Of a stretch of 64,000 bases of DNA, positions 52,269 through 63,650 are shown in pieces. A program made the translations under genes and the position numbers. The stretch's first letter is position 1, and each line of letters begins with the position of its first letter. The notes beneath the pieces were generated by a model. That model was not told the origin of the DNA and did no database searches. It saw only the letters and a program-made list of their open reading frames with translations. Source of the DNA: Squalus acanthias (taxonomy: Eukaryota); contig CM059434.1 of NCBI GenBank assembly GCA_030390025.1, positions 99,138,001 through 99,202,000 of the forward strand. Reading direction: 5' to 3'.

Positions 52269-54116
52269 ATGGAAGATCCACGCCCCAGGGAGAGAGCCCG
52301 CAGATTCTGCGATCAAGCATTGGAGGCATTGGTGCTCGCTGTGGAGAGACGGAGAGCGGTGCTCTACCTAGCAAGTGGCAGGAGGCCCTCGCCGCAAGTC
52401 TTCCGCACCATATGGAGGGAGGTAGTGCAGCACATCTCGGGCAGCACTGTGGTCCCCAGGACTCACACACAGTGCAGGAAGAAATTTAACAACCTCACTC
52501 AGGTGGGCAGGGTAAGTGAATGCTTCAACAAATGCTACATACCACCATCTGTACCACAATCTTCACACACTTCCCAAAGCACCACACCCCCACCTACAAT
52601 CTCTACCTACCAACACTCACACCCACATCTCACACCTTGCACACAATGGCAACTATTCAACTATGGCAGGCACATCACCCAAACACATTGCTCCACACTC
52701 ACTCACACACTTTCCTTTCTGTTGCAGGCCAAGGTGGCTCACAACAGGAGGGAACAGGAGCGCACAGGCGGGGGACAAGTTAACACCCAACCACTGTCTG
52801 TGCTAGAAAATAGAGTGCTGCAGATTATTGGGCGCCGTGGCCACTGGCGACGTTGACCCCCCTGGGGACAACAATATGTTCATCCCTACTCCTTCTCACA
52901 TCCCACTTCCCCCTCACCCCACAAGCGTTTCGCACTTTCCAGTTAATCATGCTGTATGGATGCATTTCTCCCTTCCTGCTCCCCTCCCCTCACCTTAACC
53001 CGACTCTTGTGCCTTTATGCTTTTATGCTTTCAGATAATGAGCAAACACCTGAGCAGCCTGTCCCTGAGGGCATCATAGAGAGCGAGGCGGGAGAAGAGG
53101 AGGAGGTAGAACACACCGTGTCACTGCACGTCTCACCCGCAGGCACCAGCTCAGATACTGGCACTATGTGTTCTTCAGAGGCGAGTATAGTAACAGAATC
53201 TGCATAGGGTGAGGCACTGGGGACGAGTGGGCTGCAGCAAGGCCAGGGGGAAAGGGTAGCTCGGGGGCCAGCTCCTCGGAGGGCGAGTTCTGCTGCACAG
53301 GACTCAGATGAGGACGCCTTTAGAAGAAGGGTGATGGGCATGCACATGGAGATAATAGGTGCAATGGCAAGGGTGCCCGAGAGCCTCTCGGCAATGGTAA
53401 GGAGCGTGGAGGAGTCTGCCTCCAACATTGCACAAGGCTCTGCGCACACCATGGAGCCCATCATTTCCAGTCTACAAAGGATGGTAGACTCCCAGAGAGA
53501 CCGTGGCGACCCAGACCTGATGCCGTGTGTGATGGGCAATCTGGCAGCTTCCATTGCAGCACAGGTGGAAACGACGCAACGTCTTAGTGCTGTAATGCAG
53601 TCTATGCTTGGTGGCATCCAACCTCAGATTGCTCTCATGCAGTCTCAGCTTGATGCAATGCAAGCACTGACTGCTGCCATCGTGGCTGGGTCTACCACCG
53701 TCGACTGGGGCTTTCAAGGTGTCGCAGCAGGCCAGCAATCTGTGCTCCAACAGATTGCTAGCGATGCTGAGATGCTGCCCAGGGGGAGAGGCAGTGGATC
53801 AGTGGAGCAGGAACTTGCTGTCCTCTCTCAGGATGACAGCATTCCTGCTCCCAGCACTGCCACTCCGCCATTGCCAGTCATCCAGCCAGCCCAGACTGCT
53901 GCCGTCCATGCTGAGGTGGTGCAGTCTACAGCCGGGCCTTCCAGGCCCAGAGCTGGTCGAGGGTGTCCTGCAAGGCCATCTGAAGTCTCCCGCACGGGCA
54001 CTCAGCAGCCTTCCTCCAGCCCTGCTGCAGCCACTGGGCCAACACTTCGTAGGAGCACTGGAGTAGGCAAAGGCAGAGTAACAAGGGGCACTAAGGGATT
54101 GCACAAGGGTGAATAG
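52269..54116 (+). pseudogene. Harbinger Myb/SANT-like DNA-binding protein gene, 3 exons (52269-52511, 52728-~52875, 53035-54116), disrupted
   Basis: MEDPRPRERARRFCDQALEALVLAVERRRAVLY...WREVVQHIS...RTHTQCRKKFNNLT is the trihelix Myb/SANT (MSANTD/NAIF1-like) pattern. Donor GTAAGT at 52512, acceptor ttgcAG at 52727, exon 2 AKVAHNRREQERTGGG, acceptor tttcAG at 53034. Apparent frameshift near 52835 and in-frame TAG at 53205-53207. Confidence 0.85.
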
Positions 54117-54280
54117 TTAATATTGTTGTTGTAAATTATGTTCACTGATTTTTGATAAATTTATTCATTCAGTTTGGATTCTTTTGTGGTGTGTCTCATT
54201 TCAGCTTTGCACTGTGATATGGCCTGCAACAGGGATGGAATGATGGGGATGGGGTGAGCAATGGGGATCTGGGGTTTAAT

Positions 54281-55417
54281 TCATTCGAACCGCAGTCTGA
54301 TGAGGCGGTCACGGACTGCACTTCCGGGAGGCCGATTGAGTGGCTGCCTCCTTCCTCGCTCCTCTTCCTCCTCTCCCTCTTCCTCCTCCTGAGGTGGTCC
54401 CGCAATCCCTGGTGGAAAGGGATGGGCCCTCATGATAGCCAAATTGTGGAGCATGCAGCAGACCACCACGAAATGGGACACTTGTTCAGCCGAGTACTGG
54501 ATGGCTCCTCCCGAGCAATCAAGGCAGCGGAACCGTAGCTTCAGCAGGCCGATGGTCTGCTCGATGATGTTCCTGGTGGCAGCATGGCTCTCATTATATA
54601 TGAGTGCTGGGCAGGAGTGTTGGGGTTGCGGAGGGGAGTCATGACCCAGTTGGTGAGCGGATAGCCCTGGTTTCCGAGCAGCCAGCGGTGAGCTTGATGT
54701 GGTGGCTGGAAGAGTGCTGGCACACTGGTCTGGTGCAGGATGAAGGCATCGTGGCTGCTGCCAGGATAGCAGGCACTGACATTGCAGATTCACTGTCTGT
54801 GGTCGCACACCAACTGCACATTAAGTGAGTGGTAGCCTTTGTGGTTACGGAAGATCTCAGGATTGTTATGCGGTGCCCGCAAAGCCACGTGGGTACAGTC
54901 AGTGGCACCCTGCAACATGGGGAATCCCGCTATCCTGGCAAAGCCACATGCACGCTCGTCCTGCTTCTCTCTGGTGATGGGCAAGAAAATGTAGTCCCTT
55001 CTCCTGCTGTAGAGAGCCTCTGTGACCTCCCGGATGCAGCGATGGACGGCGAACTGTGAGATGTTAGCTATGTCTCCTGTTGCAGACTGGAAGGATCCGC
55101 TGGTGAAGAAATTGAGGGCGGCGGTGACCTTGACTGCTACTGAAAGAGCAGTGGTCGCCCTGATCGGAGGCTGGAGGTCTGGTTGCAGAAGGTGGCAGAG
55201 TTCTGTGATCACCTCTTGGTGAAGTGGAGCCTTCTAATACACTGCTCCGCACTTAACTGGAGGTAGGAGAAGTGCTCTCAGAATACCCTCGGAGGGTAAG
55301 ACCTCCTGTTGAGAGCCCTGATGGCCCTCCTCCTCCCTCTAGGCACATGTTCCAGTCTTTCTCGCTCCCTCCGCCGTAGAACCGGAGGGTGAGGTCGACT
55401 GCCAGTACAGCCCCAAT
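54281..55417 (-). pseudogene. Harbinger DDE transposase (HARBI1-like, DDE_Tnp_4), disrupted
   Basis: Joined ORF pieces: ...ALSVAVKVTAALNFFTSGSFQ...GFPMLQGATDCTHVAL...NHKGYHSLNVQLVCD...YPGSSHDAFIL...WLLGNQGYPL...YNESHAATRNIIEQTIGLLKLRFRCLD...CCMLHNLA. TGA stops (e.g. 54790-54792), frameshifts, second catalytic Asp appears as Asn, and the likely start codon reads ATT. Confidence 0.92.
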
Positions 55418-55639
55418 TAATGTAACCAAGTGTAGCTGTTTGATTTTAAGAATAAATGTAGCTACTTTTTAGTTGCCACAGCACTCCTGATACAAAATAT
55501 CCTTGAAATTGCTGAATGAAACTGTTGGACTATGTGAAACTGACATGAAACCACTGAAACTCCACTAACCTGACAGCTGCAAGTCATTACTGATGATCCC
55601 TTTAAATAACGTCCCTGGAGCCGGCTTCCTGGCGCTTCA

Positions 55640-56278
55640 TACTTAAGAAAAGACATACTTGCTCTCGAGGCAGTGCAAAGAAGGTTCACTCGGTTGGTCC
55701 CCGGGATGAGGGGGTGGACATATGAGGAGAGGTTGAGTAGATTGGGACTCTACTCATTGGAGTTCAGAAGAGTGAGTGAGAGGCGATCTTATTGAAACAT
55801 ATAAGATTGTGAAAGGGCTTGATCGGGTGGATGTGGTAAGGATGTTCCCAAGGATGGGTGAAACTAGAACTAGGGGGCATAATCTTAGAATAAAGGGCTG
55901 CTCTTTCAAAACTGAGATGAGGAGAAACTTTTTCACTCAGAGGGTAGTGGGTCTGTGGAATTTGCTGCCCCAGGAAGCTGTGGAAGCTACATCATTAAAT
56001 AAATTTAAAACAGAAATAGACAGTTTCCTAGAAGTAAAGGGAATTAGGGGTTACGGGGAGCGGGCAGGAAATTGGACATGAGGCTGAGTTCGGATCGGTC
56101 GAGGCCCTGTGGGTGGCGTTGCGGGCCCAGGGGCTGAGTGGCCGGGTCCTGCTCCTACTTCTTGTGTTCTTTAGATTTGAGGTGAGGATCAGATCAGCCA
56201 TGATCTTATTGAATGGCGGAGCAGGCTCGAAGGGCCGATTGGCCTACTCCTGCTCCTATTTCTTATGTTCTTATGTTC
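55640..56278 (+). mobile_element. 5'-truncated CR1 LINE nested in the Harbinger element
   Basis: ORF2 C-terminus KDILALEAVQRRFTRLVPGMRG...RGDLIETYKIVKGLDRVD...RTRGHNLRI...FFTQRVVGLWNLLP, a (TCTTATGT)n tail, and TTCAT at both junctions. Confidence 0.92.
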
Positions 56279-59200
56279 ATGCCAGCTCTCCCTGTCGCTG
56301 TTTACTCCAGGCGCTAAGGTAGGTTGCAACAATCAATTTTGCAGATCGGGCGGTCAGTGAGTGTTGCACACTCACTGACATCATGATCCACCTGGCATTG
56401 AGGCTCCCAGCGGTAACTGTTACCGGCAGCGCTACGGGGGGGGGGCGCGAGATTTGGCATGCTGCACTGGATTTGCCTCGCCCCAACGATAATGCTCTAG
56501 CACCCCGTTAGCACCATCTGCTGGCGCTAACGAGAGGCGCTAAGGGGACAAATTTTTCCCCCTTTACCTTTTGACCAGAGACTGGGTTAGCTCACCATTT
56601 TTCACCTCGTGTTCAGGGACTGGTCGAGTTCACAATGTATCTAATTAGTGACAATCGGGAGACCTCTGGGCCAGAAATGGTGCAACTTGGTGACAAGGTC
56701 AGACATCCAGTGACAATGTATTCTTGGTCTCATGTTCCACCAGATTAGGTCTCTATTTTCCAGTGACAACCCATATTAATGGTATCCTTTAACAGTTACG
56801 AGACAGTTGAAACTTCATACAACCTGCTATCCCAGTAAAATCTTCCTTGAAAAATTATTCCCTGGTTATACAGGTACGGTGAGGTCTGATTGGCTCTGAA
56901 AATTGGCTGTAGTCCAGGCACAACCCACCAAAATCATAGGTGCCGGGTCAAAATGACAGAGGTAAAGTAACCACAGAGGTTAGTTACAGCCAGAGTGGAC
57001 ACATATCGGTACCCCTTTGCTAACATGAGATGGCACCAGCCCAAAGCAACTGCTAAAGAGCCTTGTCCTGCTGCCCCGCTTCGTTATCATTACAAATTAA
57101 AAAGGTGTAGAAATATTACCAACTCTTTTGCTGCATGCATAGCAACAACACGGGCCCTCCTCCTGAAAACACAATTACTTCAGAGTTCATCCAGTGTACA
57201 CGAGTCAGTTCCACTCGCTCCACCCAGGGAATGCCGCACAGAAAAAACCAGGGTAATAATGGGGAAGAAGGCACTGTAACCCTAGAATGGAAATATATTC
57301 TTGTCTGGACAAATTTTTTTTTCAACTCCTCCTACACTATTCCTCCTGTGCTTATCTAACACTTTTGCTTGGTTTCTAGTTCTTGCACAAAATGAAACAA
57401 TTATACTTCAGGCCACTCAGTAAACAGCACTCCTCTTTGGTGGCAAACTGATTTGCTGCATCCTGCATATAAAATAAGTGGTGTAATAGAATCTGGATAA
57501 AATGACAGATATAGTTTGCCAAGTAAAATACAGCATGCAAAAAAGGATTTGTACAAAGTTGAGATTTTTAAAAAAAAGCAAAATTACAAATTTTGTACTA
57601 TAAACCAATCACAATCATTCACCCAGCAATTCAGTCGAAGCAAATACAGAAAACACTTGAAGCAACAGATTTTACATTCAAGTAATAAGATAGCTGAAAT
57701 ACGCTGCATATTTTGAGATAAATTAGTGGATTGACGTCATTTGCTAGAATTAAGAATGGGAAAACAAGAGAAAAATATATTGTTTGGATTGGCTATTCAA
57801 TATAATGTAAGCGAAGAGGAATGAGTTTGGTTGATTTGAACTCTATACAGGGTTGTCCATTTGAATTCTATGCAGTGCGAGCAAACAATGTCGAGTTAGC
57901 CCCTTGAATTTTGACAGTGGAGTAAATGGATCTGGTTAGTTTCATTGCAATTCTATGTTCTGATCAGGTGGATGTTTTAGATTTAACTATAAAGCCAATA
58001 TTTTGTTAGAAAGGACGTTTTAAAGTTATAATAACAGATCAAATTTGAAGTTTATAGTACATTTATATTATTTAGACTCGGCCCACCCACAGCCCAAATC
58101 GAGCACTGCAAGCAATAGTCACTTATGTTTGTCACCAGTGCTGTGAGAAAAAACACCTCTTAAAATAAGTCTTAGTGCCGTTGGTGGCACTAACATCACC
58201 TCAATTATATTATACAGCACCATCACTGAAGTCAGGTCTGTCGCCAGCTGCAGAAATTGAACATAAATGGGGCATTAGATGGCCTCTAGTTACAATATTA
58301 AACCAATTGAGGATGTATCTTGGGCAGCACAAGAGGGAAAAAACAGATCCACAGATCAGGCCAGGCTCATGAACTGAGGCATTTATCACATCTCAATGCT
58401 GCACATTCTGTAATGGGTTCAAAATGCCATTCGCTTTAGGAATCTGCACCACTATGGCACAAATCAGAGAAACAGCACAAACGGCTATTTTTATAAGATG
58501 CCCTGTGGAAATTCAGGGCCAAATTTTTTAAACTGAACAATTAATAGATTTACATTCAGAGACAAATGTATGACATATTTATCACTTTTAAATCAGTAAG
58601 TTTATCCATCAGGTAGCGGAGCCATACAAACTAGGAAGATCCCAGGTTCAATCTCTGTTCTGTACAGATTCAGAGGGAGTGGCAGTAGGGGTGGTGCAAA
58701 TCAGGTGAGCACAGGATCTGGCTCAGCTGCAATTTGCTTGTGATCGAATGTGTTGACTCTCACTGTCGAGCCTCACATATAAATAGTGGCCACTTGAGGT
58801 AACAGACGGTGGTGAGGACCAGACGGTGGTGAGGACCCAGGATACTGTAACCACCAAGGAAGCAGCACTTTCAGGAGAGGAAGAGACAGAAAGAATTGAT
58901 AAGAAAAAAAAATGAAAATGGCTCATCTTCTAAACCTACCAGAACAGAGATTAATGTTGGAAAAGATCAAATGGAAAAGGATCAAATGTTCAGCTCCACT
59001 GTAATTCTATACAGAATGCAAAGAATTCCAAAGATACCTTATACATGAATGTAAACAAATTATGGGTAATTTTGCACCTGGATACTCTGATCTATAACCA
59101 TTTCTCAATTATTTTTGTTCTTACATTAGCTTTAAGTTGGTGAAATGTTGGCTTTTAAATCTCTATTTGTTTGCCATATTATATATATTGCCATAGAGTT

Positions 59201-61140
59201 GGCCATATTATAGGGCTTTATAGTACTAAACCACTTCAAAAAAAGTTCTGCAAGTTTGTATTTTTTTCTTTCTACTGTCATAACAGTCCTGTTTACAATG
59301 TAGGCAATTTAATAGCAACAAGAGTAGAAAACTTGCTAAGAGTATGACTGCTGTTTGTAATGAGGGGATATCACGGTCTCCGGAAACCGTCCATCCCACC
59401 ACACCCCACGCCCTTTAATGAAATAGTTTCCACGGGCACTTCTTTTGATGACAAAATTACAAAAGAATCAGACTTGATGTCAGAGGCAGGACTATTTTCT
59501 TGGACTGAGCAGCTTAGCCTACAAGTAAAGGCTAGTCACTCTGTACCTACTCCAGGCATTGGGGAACATGATCGACCAATACATAGTGGCAAATATGACT
59601 TAAAAGCAACTGCACAAGGGACCAGAACCAGTATTGGAGAAGCACTTCCTAAATACTAACGCACCACAAATCGATGAAGCCTTCCCATTTCCCTCTTCAT
59701 TGTAAAATTTGAAACTATTTACAAGAGAGTCCAACAACTTCTCCAATGGCTGGGAAATAAGTGATTCCAAAATCGCCTCGCTACTTGTACAGGAAGCAGG
59801 GAGGGAGTTCTGTCACTGTCTTCACTTTCAGCACTGCTGCTCCTTATGGCGATGCTGATTTTAAGGCAGACCCCGCATTTGTGCCTTTGACCTCCGTAAT
59901 TAGACCCAGAGATTAGTTTCCGATAAGTCAATAAAATCACCACATTACAGCGAAAGAGCTTAATGGGTTAATAGGGCTCCTGTTTGTTTATGTAAGAGAG
60001 CTGACTTGAACAAAGTGTGGCATAAAATCCCCAAGAGCCTGTTAGTTATTTTTTCCCCGTTCAATCCACAAATTGTATTTGCCTGGCACTGTATCAGATA
60101 TTTTTTGGCACACTGATCAAAGCTCCAGTGCAGTTGCTTATTGTCCCAGGCAGAATGACTGACTGATCTGTATCTCCATAAGAAGCAATGACCAGCACTT
60201 AATCCAGAGCACCACTTCTGGTGTAGCACTGCGGAGCACAAGTGGCAAAATGAGCCGCTCCAGTTTTTTTCTTTTTATGGTTGGTTGTTGGCACCAACAT
60301 GGATACTAATGGGCTTTTGCCAGCCTCTAAACACCAGCCAGGAACCCAATCTATTTTATAACAATACTGTTTCTAATATTGTTCCACTGAAAAGGTTGTG
60401 TAACTATTGACAGATGGTTTTATTACCACCAATGCCACTAAAAAAAACCCACAGGCAACCATTGTACATAACTTTCAAACAAACATTGTTGGCTAAAGTT
60501 TTTGCTCCCTTTCCATTTTTGTTAAGTCTCCCTCGGCCACATTTTGTGCCCTCGTTAAGAGATGTACAGTGACCTGCTTCCAGACCGTATGTATCAAATA
60601 GCACATCAGAAATCTGAACCAGCAAGCGGGAGAGAAGATAATGAAAGCTGTAGAAGTTTCAAATGATTTCTGTTTAGGACTGCTGGGTCCCATAGTTCGT
60701 ATAGGTGATAGTCAAGGTTCACAGTGGAGGTCAATTTTAGGAAGGCACGGTTTGTGTACTGATATCGCTGAACTCTGCTCTTTCACCTGGGCTACTGGTC
60801 CTGCAATTGGCACTTGCCAGGGCAAAGAGAAAAGGTCACCAGACAACAAACATAACGCACCTTTGTGAAAGTCACCTACACTGCAGAAACCTTTAACTGC
60901 TTCATAGTGGAAAAGGCAAGGGAAAATGTCCCCCTCCTAATGTCCCCCTCTTCTCTGCCGAAGGAGGTAACTCATGCTGGGATTTGGTTCCGCAGCCTTC
61001 CAGCATCTTGTCCAAGTGGCCACACTGCAGCTCGGAGCCTTGATGGTGAATGTTGGCACCAGGAGAATCACTGAATACTGATCAGGAACAGGAACCCCAA
61101 CTGATTGTCTATCCTCCCTCCCTTGCCTTTTCCTTGTCTA

Positions 61141-61658
61141 AGAACTCCCGGGTTATCGGGAGTTTGGAGGTCGACAGGTAGGCAATCACCTCCTAAATGT
61201 TGAAACGTTGGGGTCCGATGACATCATTCAGCCCCCATGCCAATTTAACTCGGAGAAGTGTAAATCGTACAAGCCGCCAGGAATAGCTGAAAAGGTTCAG
61301 GTTAATACTACATTTTTTTGAAAGGTTCCTTGTGGCCCAGGAGGAGCAGGCGTGCTTTTCCTAGCCCAACGAGGGAAATTTGCCCCGGGCTTCTCGCCAG
61401 TCCTCTGGCTACAACTGGCCCAGGCCCCCACCCCACTCACTGACCTTGCTGAGGACTGTTTCCATTGGTCACTGACTGCGGCCACTCCCGCCTACCTCCA
61501 GGTTAACCCGCCGTCTTTGGGTGGGAATCACCGTCAGGAAATTTTAGTAAGGCCTAGGAGTTAAAATCTTCTGGGCCTCACAGTCTGGGGGACTGGATGG
61601 ATAGCCACCCGCTTTGGGCCCCGCAGCCCCGACTCGCGCCCAGAGTTACAATCAGGGC
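61141..61658. mobile_element. Harbinger-type MITE (left end eroded)
   Basis: Right end GAGTTACAATCAGGGC and internal AGGCCTAGGAGTTAAAATC are reverse complements of 14368-family motifs. Confidence 0.55.
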
Positions 61659-63567
61659 TTATGTCTCCTGTAGTGATAATAATGGATGTTTAGTTTTGTC
61701 CTCTCATCCCCTTGCTGCCCTTCAGTTCCTGGAGTCAGTTGTCCTAAGACCATGACAAAGCATTAGTCTTGCCCCAGCAGAGTGCTGTGACAGCCGAACA
61801 ATGTAAACCAATACAAACATAGTTTGTTGTCAACTGACCATCTGGCACCAGTGATCATGCAGTTATTTCTGCACTTGACAAAATGTTTCTCCTGCTTTAT
61901 AGAGGACACATGTTCATAACTAAAAGCCTGAGAATCAACATTACAACTCCACAGTGCAAGACACAATAAAAAAAATTAAAGGTTATTACAAGACAAATGT
62001 CGTAACCATGAAGAAAAGAGCATGTGCACGTGTATGTGAGAGTATACTCTCAAATTCTGGAGTGCTGGAGCATAGCCAGCCCTACCACCAGTAAATGAAC
62101 CTTATCACAGTCAACACAAGGTATGGAGTCCACAGTGGCGCCAAAGTCTAATGAAGGCAATGTGCACGTGATTTACACAGGTATCTGAATGGACAGTAAT
62201 ACCAAGTGGACGGGCATCTGGTGGGCAGGAACTGGAACAGTTTGGATTTCAGCTGTGGTACAAGCCTAAGTTCACAGCAGTTGTACTTGCTCGACTACTT
62301 TTTTTTTTAACTTAATTTTAGGGCACAACACAGAACACACTGTACAACAAGGGGATATCATCATATGGCACTGTACAATGCATTGTGTGATTTTCAGATA
62401 TACTGCAGCCAGATCCAAGGCAAACTGATCTGAAACCAGCACATCAAAACAACTTGATTGATTTCATTATTGATCAGACTAGGAACAAGCAGAGTGCTTG
62501 TACACCACTTCTGGATCGGATATTGGCCAAATTCAGAGCCATTCTCTTCTCAGAAATGCAGTGTAAATGGAACATTAATACAGCGTTTACACTTTCAGTA
62601 GAGTTTTAATTTGCCTCAAGACTGCACAGCACAAAATATTACACTGGCCCATCAGTTAATTACTGTAATAAAATTACTCACATTTAACTCAATGGGCCAA
62701 TAAAACCTTTCCAACTTTGAAACTAAACTAATTTGTAATGAGATTTTCTTTCATGATTTGAAAATATGATGTGAAAGATTCTGTTGATAAAATTGAGTCC
62801 TCGAGCTTTAAACAAGACATGTTGGGAGTTTTCTTTAACCATTTCCTGGAGGTCAACTGAAATGAGGGACTGCACTGAGCTAAATGCATACTCAAGAGAA
62901 CCATAGTAACCTTGCGGGGGAGGGGGAAAGGTCAAGAAGAACCAGCCCAAAGTTCAGAGGTCACATGGAACACATTGCTATTTGTGGTGCCATTCAGTGA
63001 TGACAGTGAAGTGAAATGTTTCAATTATTCACCAGTTGTTTTGAAAAGCAACAGGCCCACAGTTCAAAGGTTGAGGTGTGTTTATAGTACATCACAAGAC
63101 GATTTCCTCCCAAGAGAATATACAAAAGCCCCAAATCTGTTCAGAGCAATAACTTGCTCTCATTATTCAACAACTATCCTTAAATAAAATCAATTATATC
63201 GGTAACAACTTTGCGTTTTTTCGTTAAATGAATCTTGTCGCTCCGAGTAAAAAGATGTGGATTTACGGCAATAATTTCTCAAGTGTATTCTTAGTCAGCC
63301 TGTTGGGGGAGGCATGAGTGTAGGCAGGTGCTCCATTCAGGTGGGAAGAGCGTGAAATCGCTATCTCAGTCTCCCCAATTGGGATTGTGCCTCTTGCTGG
63401 CAAGATATCCAACATTACTAACTGGTCGAAGAAGTCTGTGGCTCCTATTGCTTTGCAGTGGGTTGGGGTGGGGGGTGGAAGCAAGACAGAGAGAAACGAA
63501 ATGTATTCTGGAGACAGAAAAGTTGTCAAGCTGCTGATAACTGAAGGAAAGCAATTGATTGTTTCCT

Positions 63568-63650
63568 TTAAAAACAGAAAATTCTGAAAATACACAGCAG
63601 CTCACTCAGCATCGACAAATTCATTTTTCAGGTGAACCATTTCTTATAAT
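63568..63650 (-). mobile_element. Penelope tail remnant
   Basis: aaaacagaaaattctgaaaatacacagcagctcactcagcatc is the reverse complement of the tail at 10398-10440 and 11890. Confidence 0.55.

Larger units (their letters stand above)
51912..56562. mobile_element. Full-length, decayed PIF/Harbinger DNA transposon (two convergent genes)
   Basis: Imperfect TIRs CGGCTAGAAATT (51912-51923) and AATTTTTCCCCC (56551-56562), with TTT on both flanks (3-bp TSD). Contains a Myb/SANT gene (+) and a DDE transposase (-) in tail-to-tail orientation. Confidence 0.9.

Noticed and set aside
52122-52856. Single-exon 244-aa protein
   Set aside because: Reads through a 216-bp GT-AG intron (52512-52727); the probable start is the ATG at 52269.
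53015-53617. 200-aa minus-strand ORF
   Set aside because: Antisense shadow of the Myb gene's third exon.
54281-55417. Domesticated host HARBI1 gene
   Set aside because: Multiple stops and frameshifts, an altered catalytic Asp, a partner Myb gene and TIRs show it is a transposon copy.
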